From: Eledone cirrhosa
Taxonomy: Eukaryota
NCBI GenBank assembly: GCA_964016885.1
Contig: OZ024744.1
Coordinates: forward strand, 131,006,001-131,070,000
Length of the DNA: 64,000 bases
Direction: 5' to 3'
Shown here: piece by piece, positions 1-9,927 of the stretch
Position numbering within the stretch: position 1 is the first letter of the stretch
How the letters are laid out: each line of letters begins with the position of its first letter
Position numbers and translations under genes: made by a program
The notes under the pieces: generated by a model
The model's database searches: none
What the model was told of the DNA's origin: nothing
What the model saw: the letters and a program-made list of their open reading frames with translations, nothing else

Positions 1-2875
1 TTGGTGTTAAGTTAAGTTGGGGTTAATTTAAGTTGGGGTTAATTAAGTTGGGGTTAAGTTAAGTTGGGGTTAAGTTAAGTTGGGGTTTATTTAAGTTGGG
101 GTTAAGTTAAGTTGGGGTTCAGTTAAGTTGGGGTTCAGTTAAGTTGGGGTTAATTTAAGTTGGGGTTAAGATGGGGTTAAATTAAGTTGGGGTTAAGTTA
201 AGTTTGGGTTAAGTTAAGTTGGGGTTAAGTTAAGTTGGGGTTAAGTTAAGTCGGGGTTAAGTTAAGTCGGGGTTAAGTTAAGTTAGGGTTCAGTTAAGTT
301 GGGGTTAAGTTAAGTTGGGGTTGAGTTAAGTTGGGGTTGAGTTAAATTGGGGTTGAGTTAAGTTGGGGTTGAGTTAAGTTGGTGTTGACTTAAGTTGGGG
401 TTAAGTTAAGTTGGGGTTAAGTTAAGTTGCAGTTAAGTTAAGTTGAGGTTAAGTTAAGGTGCGGTTAAGTTAAGTTGGGGTTAAGTTAAGTTGGGGCTAA
501 GTTAAGTTGGGGCTAATTTAAGTTGGGGCTAAGTTACGTTGGGGTTAGGTTAAGTTGGGGTTAAGTTAAGTCGGGGTTAAGTTAAGTTGGCGTTAAGTTA
601 ATTTGGGGTTAATTTAAGTTGGGGTTAAGTTAAGTTGGGGTTAAGTTAAGTTGGGGTTAAGTTAAGTTGGGGTTATGTTAAGTTGGGGTTAAGTTAAGTT
701 GGGGTTAAGTTAAGTTGGGGCTAAGTTAAGTTGGGGCTGAGTTAAGTTGGGGTTAAGTTAAGTTGGGGTTAAGTTAAGTTTGGGATAAGTTAAGTTGGGG
801 TTAAGTTAAGTTGGGGTTTATTTAAGTTGGGGTTAATTTAAGTTGGGGTTCAGTTAAGTTGGGGTTCAGTTAAGTTGGGGTTAAGTTAAGTTGGGGTTTA
901 TTTAAGTTGGGGTTAATTTAAGTCGGGGTTAAGTTAAGTCGGGGTTCAGTTAATATAGGGTTAAGTTAAGTTGGGGTTAAGTTAAGTTGGGGTTGTGTTA
1001 AGTTGGGGTTGAGTTAAATTGGGGTTGAGTTAAGTTGGGGTTGAGTTAAGTTGGTGTTCAGTTAAGTTGGGGTTAAGTTAAGTTGGGGTTAATTTAAGTT
1101 GCAGTTAAGTTAAGTTGAGGTTAAGTTAAGGTGGGGTTAAGTTAAGTTGGGGTTAGTTTAAGTTGGGGCTAAGCTAAGTTGGGGCTAAGTTAAGTTGGGG
1201 CTAAGTTAAGTTGGGGTTAAGTTAAGTTGGGGTATATTAAGTTGGGGTTAAGTTAAGTTGGGGTTAAGTTAAGTTGGGGTTAAGTTAAGTTGGGGCTGAG
1301 TTAAGTTGGGGCTGAGTTAAGTTGGGGCTGAGTTAAGTTGGGGTTAAGTTAAGTTGGGGTATATTAAGTTGGGGTTAAGTTAAGTTGGGGTTAAGTTAAG
1401 TTGGGGCTGAGTTAAGTTGGGGCTTAGTTAAGTTGGGGTTAAGTTAAGTTGGGGTTAAGTTAAGTTGGGGTTAAGTTAAGTTGGGGTTAAGTTAAGTTGA
1501 GGTTAAGTTAAGTTGGGGTTAAATTAAGTTGGGGTTAAGTTAAGTTGGGGTTAAGTTAAGTTGGGGTTAAGTTAAGTTGGGGATATGTTAAGTTGGGGAT
1601 GAGTTAAATTGGGGTTAAGTTAAGTTGGGTTTAAGTTAAGTTGGGGTTAAGTTAAGTTGGGGTTAAGTTAAGTTGGGGTTAAGTTAAGTTGGTTAGTTAA
1701 GTTGAGTTTAAGTTAAGTTGGGGTTAATTTAAATCGGGGTTAAGTTAAGTTAGGGTTAAGTTAAGTTGGGGTTGAGTTAAGTTGGGGTTGAGTTAAATTG
1801 GGGTTGAGTTAAGTTGGGGTTGAGTTAAGTTGGTGTTGAGTTAAGTTGGGGTTAAGTTAAGTTGGGGTTAAGTTAAGTTGTGGTTAAGTTAAGTTGAGGT
1901 TAAGTTAAGTTGGGGTTAAGTTAAGTTGGGGTTAATTTAAGTTGGGGCTAAGTTAAGTTGGGGCTAAGTTAAGTTGGGGTTAAGTTAAGTTGGGGTCAAC
2001 TTAAGTTGGGGTTAAGTTAAGTTGGCGTTAAGTTAAGTTGGGGTTAAGTTAAGTTGGGGTTAAGTTAAGTTGGTGTTAAGTTAAGTTGGGGCTGAGTTAA
2101 GTTGGGGCTGAGTTAAGTTGGGGCTGAGTTAAGTTGGGGTTCAGTCAAGTTGGGGTTAAGTTAAGTTGGGGTTATTTTAAGTTGGGGTTTAGTTAAGTTG
2201 GGGTTCATTTAAGTTGGGGTTAAGTTAAGTTTGGGTTAAGTTGGGGTTAAATTAATTTGGGGTTAAATGAAGTTGGGGTTAAGTTAAGTTGGGGTTAAGT
2301 TAAGTTGGGGTTAATTTAAGTTGGGGTTAAGTTAAGTTGCGGGTAATTTAAGTTGGGGTTAAGTTAAGTTGGGGTTAAGTTAAGTTGGGGTTAAGTTAAG
2401 TTTGGGTTAAGTTAAGTTGGGGTTAAGTTAATTTGGGGTTAAGTTGGGGTTAAGTTAAGTTGGGGTTTATTTAAGTTGGGGTTAAGTTAAGTTGGGGTTC
2501 AGTTAAGTTGGGGTTCAGTTAAGTTGGGGTTAAGTTAAGCTGGGGTTAAGATGGGGTTAAATTAAGTTGGGGTTAAGTTAAGTTGGTTAGTTAAGTTGAG
2601 GTTAAGTTAAGTTGGGCTTAAGTTAAGTTGGGGTTAATTTAAGTTGGGGTTAAGTTAAGTTGGGGTTAAGTTAAGTTGGGGTTAAGTCAAGTTGGGGTTA
2701 AGTTAAGTTGGGGTTGAGTTAAGTTGGGGTTGAGTGAAGTTGGGGTTAAGTTAAGTTGGGGTTAAGTTAAGTTGGGGTTAAGTTAAGTTGGGGTCAAGTT
2801 AAGTTAGGGTTAAGTTAAGTTGGGGTTAAGTTAAGTTGGCGTTAAGTTAATTTGTGGTTAAGTTAAGTTGGGGTT

Positions 2876-3075
2876 AACCCCAACTTAACTTAACCCCATT
2901 TTCACTCAAACCCAACTTAACTCAACCCCAACTTAACTTAACCCCAGCTTCACTCAACCCCAACTTAACTTAACCCCAACTTCACTCAACCCCAACTTAA
3001 CTCAACCCCAACTTAACTTAATCCCAACTTGACTTAACCCCAACTTAACTTAACCCCAACTTAACTTAACCCCAA
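2876..3075 (-). repeat. Inverted cassette 1, subfamily A, 200 bp
   Basis: AACCCCAACTTAACTT units from the GGGGTT|AACCCC dyad to CCCCAAAGTCGGGG; marker CCCCAGCTTCACTC. Confidence 0.93.
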
Positions 3076-4244
3076 AGTCGGGGTTAAGTTAAGTTGGGGG
3101 TAAGTTAAGTTGGGATTAAGTTGGGGTTAAGTTAAGTTAGGGTTAAGTTAAGTTGGGGTTAAGTTAAGTTGGGGTTAAGTTGGGGTTAAATTAAGTTGGG
3201 GCTAAGTTAATTTGTGGTTAAGTTAAGTTGGGGTTAAGTTAAGTTGGGGTTAAGTTAAGTTGCGTTTAAGTTGGGGTTAAGTTAAGTTAGGGTTAAGTTA
3301 AGTTGGGGTTAAGTTAAGTTGGGGTTAATTTAAATTGGGGTTAAGTTAACTTTGTGGTTAAGTTAAGTTGGGGTTAAGTTAAGTTGGGGTTAAGTTGGGA
3401 TTAATTTAAGTTGGGGCTAAGTTAATTTGTGGTTAAGTTAAGTTGGGGTTAAGTTAAGTTGGGGTTAAGTTAAGTTGCGGGTAATTTAAGTTGGCGTTAA
3501 GTTAAGTTGGGGTTAAGTTAAGTTGGGGTTAAGTTAAGTTGGGGTTAAGTTAAGTTGGGGTTTATTTAAGTTGGGGTTAAGTTAAGTTGGGGTTCAGTTA
3601 AGTTGGGGTTCAGTTAAGTTGGGGTTAAGTTAAGTTGGGGTTAAGATGGGGTTAAATTACGTTGGAGTTAAGTTAAGTTGGGGTTAAGTTAAGTTGGGGT
3701 TAAGTTAAGTTGGGGTTAAGTTAAGTCGGGGTTAATTTAAGTCGGGGTTAAGTTAAGTTAGGGTTCAGTTAAGTTGGGGTTAAGTTAAGTTGGGGTTGAG
3801 TTAGTTGGGGTCGAGTTAAATTGGGGTTGAGTTAAGTTGGGCTTGAGTTAAGTTGGTGTTGAGTTAAGTTGGGGTTAAGGTAAATTGGGGTTAATTTAAG
3901 TTGCAGTTAAGTTAAGTTGAGGTTAAGTTAAGGTGCGGTTAAGTTAAGTTGGGGTTAAGTTAAGTTGGGGCTAAGTTAAGTTGGGGCTAAGTTAAGTTGG
4001 GGCTAAGTTAAGTTGGGGTTAAGTTAAGTTGGGGTTAAGTTAAGTCGGGGTTAAGTTAAGTTGGGGTTAAGTTAAGTTGGGGTTAATTTAAGTTGGGGTT
4101 AAGTTAAGTTGGGGTTAAGTTAAGTTGGGGTTAAGTTAAGTTGGGTTTAAGTTAAGTTGGGGTTAAGTTAAGTTGGGGTTAAGTTAAGTTGGGGTTAAGT
4201 TAAGTTGGGGTTAAGTTAAGTTGGGGTTAAGTTAAGTTGGGGTT

Positions 4245-4371
4245 AACCCCAACTTAACTTAACCCCAACTTCACTCAACCCCAACTTAACTTAACCCCAA
4301 CTTCACTCAACCCCAACTTCCAACTTGACTTAACCCCAACTTAACTTAGCCCCAACTTAACTTAAGCCCAA
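4245..4371 (-). repeat. Inverted cassette 2, subfamily B short form, 127 bp
   Basis: Dyad start; internal deletion scar CTTCCAACTTGAC; ends AAGCCCAAAGTCGGGG. Confidence 0.93.
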
Positions 4372-5371
4372 AGTCGGGGTTAAGTTAAGTTTGCGTTAAG
4401 TTAAGTTAGGCTTAACTTAAGTTGGGGTTCAGTTAAGTTGGGGGTAAGTTAAGTTGGGGTTAAGTTAAGTTGCGGTTAAGTTGGGGTTAAGTTAAGTTAG
4501 GGTTAAGTTAATTTGGGGTTGAGTTAAGTTGGGGTTAATTAAGTGGTGGTTATGTTAAGTTGGGGTTAAGTTAAGTTGGGGTTAATTTAAATTGGGGTTA
4601 AGTTAACTTTGTGGTTAAGTTAAGTTGGGGTTAAGTTAAGTGGGGGTAAAGTTGGGGTTGAGTTAAGTTGGGGTTGAGTGAAGTTGGGGTTAAGTTAAGT
4701 TGGGGTTAAGTTAAGTTGGGGTTAAGATAAGTCGGGGTTAAGTTAAGTTGTGGTTGAGTTAAGTTGGGGTTAATTTAAGTTGGGGCTAAGTTAATTTGTG
4801 GTTAAGTTAAGTTGGGGTTAAGTTAAGTTGGGGTTAAGTTAAGTTGGGGTTAAGTTAAGTTGGGGTTAAGATGGGGTTCAATTAAGTTGGGGTTAAGTTA
4901 AGTTGGGGTCAAGTTAAGTTGGGGTTAAGTTAAGTTGGGGTTAAGTTAAGTCGGGGTTAAGTTAAGTCGGGTTTAAGTTAAGTTAGGGTTCAGTTAAGTT
5001 GGGGTTAAGTTAAGTTGGGGTTGAGTTAAGTTGGGGTTGAGTTAAATTGGGGTTGAGTTAAGTTGGGGTTGAGTTAAGTTGGTGTTGAGTTAAGTTGGGG
5101 TTAAGTTAAGTTGGGGTTAAGTTAAGTTGGGGTTAATTTAAGTTGGGGTTAATTTAAGTTGGGGTTAATTTAAGTTGGGGTTAAGTTAAGTTGGGGTTAA
5201 GTTAAGTTGGGGTTAAGTTAAGTTGGGTTTAAGTTAAGTTGGGGTTAAGTTAAGTTGGGGTCAAGTTAAGTTGGGGTTAAGTTAAGTTGGTTAGTTAAGT
5301 CGAGTTTAAGTTAAGTTGGGGTTAATTTAAGTTGGGGTTAAGTTAAGTTGGGGTTAAGTTAAGTTGGGGTT

Positions 5372-5571
5372 AACCCCAACTTAACTTAACCCCAACTTCA
5401 CTCAACCCCAACTTCACTCAACCCCAACTTAACTTAACCCCAACTTCACTCAACCCCAACTTAACTTAACCCCAACTTCACTCAACCCCAACTTAAGTCA
5501 ACCCCAACTTAACTTAACCCCAACTTGACTTAACCCCAACTTAAATTAGCCCCAACTTAACTTAAGCCCAA
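5372..5571 (-). repeat. Inverted cassette 3, subfamily B, 200 bp
   Basis: Dyad start; marker AAATTAGCCCC; ends AAGCCCAAAGTCGGGG. Confidence 0.93.
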
Positions 5572-6831
5572 AGTCGGGGTTAAGTTAAGTTGGCGTTATG
5601 TTAAGTCAGGCTTAACTTAAGTTGGGGTTCAGTTAAGTTGGGGGTAAGTTAAGTTGGGGGTAAGTTAAGTTGGGGTTAAGTTAAGTTGCGGTTAAGTTGG
5701 GGTTAAGTTAAGTTAGGGTTAAGTTAAGTTGGGGTTGAGTTAAGTTGGGGTTAATTAAGTGGTGGTTATGTTAAGTTGGGGTTAATTTAAATTGGGGTTA
5801 AGTTAACATTGTGGTTAAGTTAAGTTGGGGTTAAGTTAAGTTGGGGTTAAGTTGGGGTTGAGTTAAGTTGGGGTTGAGTGAAGTTGGGGTTAAGTTAAGT
5901 TGGGGTAAAGTTAAGTTGGGGTTAAGTTAAGTCGGGGTTAAGTTAAGTTGTGGTTGAGTTAAGTTGGGGTAAAGTTAAGTTGGGGTTAAGTTAAGTTGGG
6001 GTTAAGTTAAGTTGGGGTTGAGTTAAGTTGGGGTTGAGTTAATTTGGGGTTAAGTTAAGTTGGGGTTAAGTTAAGTTGGGTTTAAGTTAAGTTGGGGTTA
6101 AATTAAGTTGGGGTTAAATTAAGTTGGGGTTAAGTTAAGTTGGGGGTAAGTTAAGTTGGGGGCAAGTTAAGTTGGGGCTAAGTTAAGTTGGGGTTAAATT
6201 AAGTTGGGGTTACGTTAAGTTGGTGTTAAGTTAAGTTGGGGTTAATTTAAGTTGGGGTTAATTAAGTTGGGGTTAATTTAAGTTGGGGTTAAGTTAAGTT
6301 GGGGTTAATTTAAGTTGGGGTTGAGTTAAGTTGGGGTTAAGTTAAGTTGGGGTTATATTAAGTTGGGGTTAGGTTAAGTTGGGGTTAAGTTAAGTTGGGG
6401 TTAAGTTAAGTTGGGGTTTATTTAAGTTGGGGTTAAGTTAAGTTGGGGTTAATTTAAGTTGGGGTTGAGTTAAGTTGGTGTTGAGTTAAGTTGCGGTTAT
6501 GTTAAGTTGGGGTTAAGTTAAGTTGGGGTTAAGTTAAGTTGGGGCTGAGTTAAGTTGGGGCTGAGTTAAGTTGGGGTTAAGTTAAGTTGGGGTTAAGTTA
6601 AGTCGGGGTTAAGTTAAGTTGGGGTTAAGTTAAGTTGGGGTTAAGTTAAGTTGGGGTTAAGTTAAGTTGGGGTTAAGTTAAGTTGGGTTTAAGTTAAGTT
6701 GGGGTTAAGTTAAGATGGGGTCAAGTTAAGTTGGGGTTAAGTTAAGTTGGTTAGTTAAGTTGAGTTTAAGTTAAGTTGGGGTTAATTTATGTTGGGGTTA
6801 AGTTAAGTTGGGGTTAAGTTAAGTTGGGGTT

Positions 6832-7031
6832 AACCCCAACTTAACTTAACCCCAACTTCACTCAACCCCAACGTAACTCAACCCCAACTTAACTTAACCC
6901 CAACTTCACTCAACCCCAACTTAACTTAACCCCAACTTCACTCAACCCCAACTTAAGTCAACCCCAACTTAACTTAACCCCAACTTGACTTAACCCCAAC
7001 TTAACTTAGCACGAACTTAACTTAAGCCCAA
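6832..7031 (-). repeat. Inverted cassette 4, subfamily B, 200 bp
   Basis: Dyad start; markers ACGTAACTC and TAGCACGAAC; ends AAGCCCAAAGTCGGGG. Confidence 0.93.
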
Positions 7032-8316
7032 AGTCGGGGTTAAGTTAAGTTGGCGTTAAGTTAAGTTAGGCTTAACTTAAGTTGGGGTTCAGTTAAGTTG
7101 GGGGTAAGTTAAGTTGGGGGTAAGTTAAGTTGGGGTTAAGTTAAGTTGCGTTTAAGTTGGGGTTAAGTTAAGTTAGGGTTAAGTTAAGTTGGGATTAAGT
7201 TAAGTTGGGGATAATTTAAGTTGGGGTTAAGTTGGGGTTAATTTAACTTGGGGCTAAGTTAATTTGTGGTTAAGTTAAGTTGGGGTTAAGTTAAGTTGGG
7301 GTTAAGTTAAGTTGGGGTTGAGTTAAGTTGGGGTTGAGTTAATTTGGGGTTAATTTAAGTTGGGGTTAAGTTAAGTTGGGTTTAAGTTAAGTTGGGGTTA
7401 AATTAAGTTGGGGTTAAATTAAGTTGGGGTTAAGTTAAGTTGGGGGTAAGTTAAGTTGGGGGCAAGTTAAGTTGGGGCTAAGTTAAGTTGGGGTTAAATT
7501 AAGTTGGGGTTACGTTAAGTTGGTGTTAAGTTAAGTTGGGGTTAATTTAAGTTGGGGTTAATTAAGTTGGGGTTAAGTTAAGTTGGGGTTAAGTTAAGTT
7601 GGGGTTTATTTAAGTTGGGGTTAAGTTAAGTTGGGGTTCAGTTAAGTTGGGGTTCAGTTAAGTTGGGGTTAAGTTAAGTTGGGGTTAAGATGGGGTTAAA
7701 TTAAGTTGGGGTTAAGTTAAGTTGGGGTTAAGTTAAGTTGGGGTTAAGTTAAGTTGGGGTTAAGTTAAGTCGGGGTTAAGTTAAGTCGGGGTTAAGTTAA
7801 GTTAGGGTTCAGTTAAGTTGGGGTTAAGTTAAGTTGGGGTTGAGTTAAGTTGGGGTTGAGTTAAATTGGGGTTGAGTTAAGTTGGGGTTGAGTTAAGTTG
7901 GTGTTGAGTTAAGTTGCGGTTATGTTAAGTTGGGGTAAGTTAAGTTGGGGTTAAGTTAAGTTGGGGCTAAGTTAAGTTGGGGCTGAGTTAAGTTGGGGTT
8001 AAGTTAAGTTGGGGTTAAGTTAAGTCGGGGTTAAGTTAAGTTGGGGTTAAGTTAAGTTGGGGTTAAGTTAAGTTGGGGTTAATTAAGTTGGGGTTAAGTT
8101 AAGTTGGGGTTAAGTTTAGTTGGGTTTAAGTTAAGTTGGGGTTAAGTTAAGTTGGGGTCAAGTTAATTTGGGGTTAAGTTAAGTTGGTTAGTTAAGTTGA
8201 GTTTAAGTTAAGTTGGGGTTAATTTATGTTGGGGTTAAGTTAAGTTGGGGTTAAGTTAAGTTGGGGTTAAGTTAAGTTGGGGTTAAGTTAAGTTGGGGTT
8301 AAGTTAAGTTGGGGTT

Positions 8317-8516
8317 AACCCCAACTTAACTTAACCCCAACGTAACTCAACCCCAACGTAACTCAACCCCAACTTAACTTAACCCCAACTTCACTCAACC
8401 CCAACTTAACTTAACCCCAACTTCACTCAACCCCAACTTAAGTCAACCCCAACTTAACTTAACCCCAACTTGACTTAACCCCAACTTAACTTAGCACCAA
8501 CTTAACTTAAGCCCAA
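8317..8516 (-). repeat. Inverted cassette 5, subfamily B, 200 bp
   Basis: Dyad start; ACGTAACTC twice, TAGCACCAAC; ends AAGCCCAAAGTCGGGG. Confidence 0.93.
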
Positions 8517-9727
8517 AGTCGGGGTTAAGTTAAGTTGGCGTTAAGTTAAGTTAGGCTTAACTTAAGTTGGGGTTCAGTTAAGTTGGGGGTAAGTTAAGTT
8601 GGGGGTAAGTTAAGTTGTGGTTAAGTTAAGTTGCGTTTAAGTTGGGGTTAAGTTAAGTTAGGGTTAAGTTAAGTTGGGGTTAAGTTAAGTTGGGGTTAAT
8701 TTAAATTGGGGTTAAGTTAACTTTGTGGTTAAGTTAAGTTGGGGTTAAGTTAAGTTGGGGTTAAGTTGGGGCTAATTTAAGTTGGGGCTAAGTTAATTTG
8801 TGGTTAAGTTAAGTTGGGGTTAAGTTAAGTTGGGGTTAAGTTAAGTTGGGGTTGAGTTAAGTTGGGGTTGAGTTAATTTGGGGTTAATTTAAGTTGGGGT
8901 TAAGTTAAGTTGGGGCTAAGTTAAGTTGGGGCTAAGTTAAGTTGGGGCTAAGTTAAGTTGGGGTTAGGTTAAGTCGGGGTTAAGTTAAGTCGGGGTTAAG
9001 TTAAGTTGGCGTTAAGTTAAGTTGGGGTTAATTTAAGTTGGGGTTAAGTTAAGTTGGGGTTAATTTAAGTTGGGGTTAAGTTAAGTTGCGGGTAATTTAA
9101 GTTGGGGTTAAGTTAAGTTGGGGTTAAGTTAAGTTGGGGTTATGTTAAGTTGGTTAGTTAAGTTGAGTTTAAGTTAAGTTGGGGTTAATTTATGTTGGGG
9201 TTAAGTTAAGTTGGGGTTAAGTTAAGTTGGGGTTAATTTAAGTTGGGGTTAAGTTAAGTTGCGGGTAATTTAAGTTGGGGTTAAGTTAAGTTGGGGTTAA
9301 GTTAAGTTGGGGTTATGTTAAGTTGGGGTTAAGTTAAGTTGGGGTTAAGTTAAGTTGGGGCTAAGTTAAGTTGGGGCTGAGTTAAGTTGGGGTTAAGTTA
9401 AGTTGGGGTTAAGTTAAGTTGGGGATAAGTTAAGTTGGGGTTAAGTTAAGTTGGGGTTTATTTAAGTTGGGGTTAATTTAAGTTGGGGTTCAGTTAAGTT
9501 GGGGTTAAGTTAAGTTGGGGTTAAGTTAAGTTGGGGTTAAGTTAAGTTGGGGTTAAGTTAAGTTGGGTTTAAGTTAAGTTGGGGTTAAGTTAAGTTGGGG
9601 TCAAGTTAAGTTGGGGTTAAGTTAAGTTGGTTAGTTAATTTGAGTTTAAGTTAAGTTGGGGTTAATTTTTGTTGGGGTTAAGTTAAGTTGGGGTTAAGTT
9701 AAGTTGGGGTTAAGTTAAGTTGGGGTT

Positions 9728-9927
9728 AACCCCAACTTAACTTAACCCCAACTTCACTCAACCCCAACGTAACTCAACCCCAACTTAACTTAACCCCAAC
9801 TTCACTCAACCCCAACTTAACTTAACCCCAACTTCACTCAACCCCAACTTAAGTCAACCCCAACTTAACTTAACCCCAACTTGACTTAACCCCAACTTAA
9901 CTTAGCACCAACTTAACTTAAGCCCAA
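9728..9927 (-). repeat. Inverted cassette 6, subfamily B, 200 bp
   Basis: Dyad start; TAGCACCAAC; ends AAGCCCAAAGTCGGGG. Confidence 0.93.

Noticed and set aside
5372-5571. The 200-bp cassette alone as an inserted MITE or an actively switching invertible element
   Set aside because: It has no TIR pair or target duplication of its own, its flanks are co-inherited, and I saw no copy of the cassette variant string in forward orientation.
8490-8570. Compensatory pairing between cassette AAGCCC and downstream TAGGCTT
   Set aside because: The register is offset by two monomers and subfamily C has the downstream variant without AAGCCC, so coincidence is sufficient.
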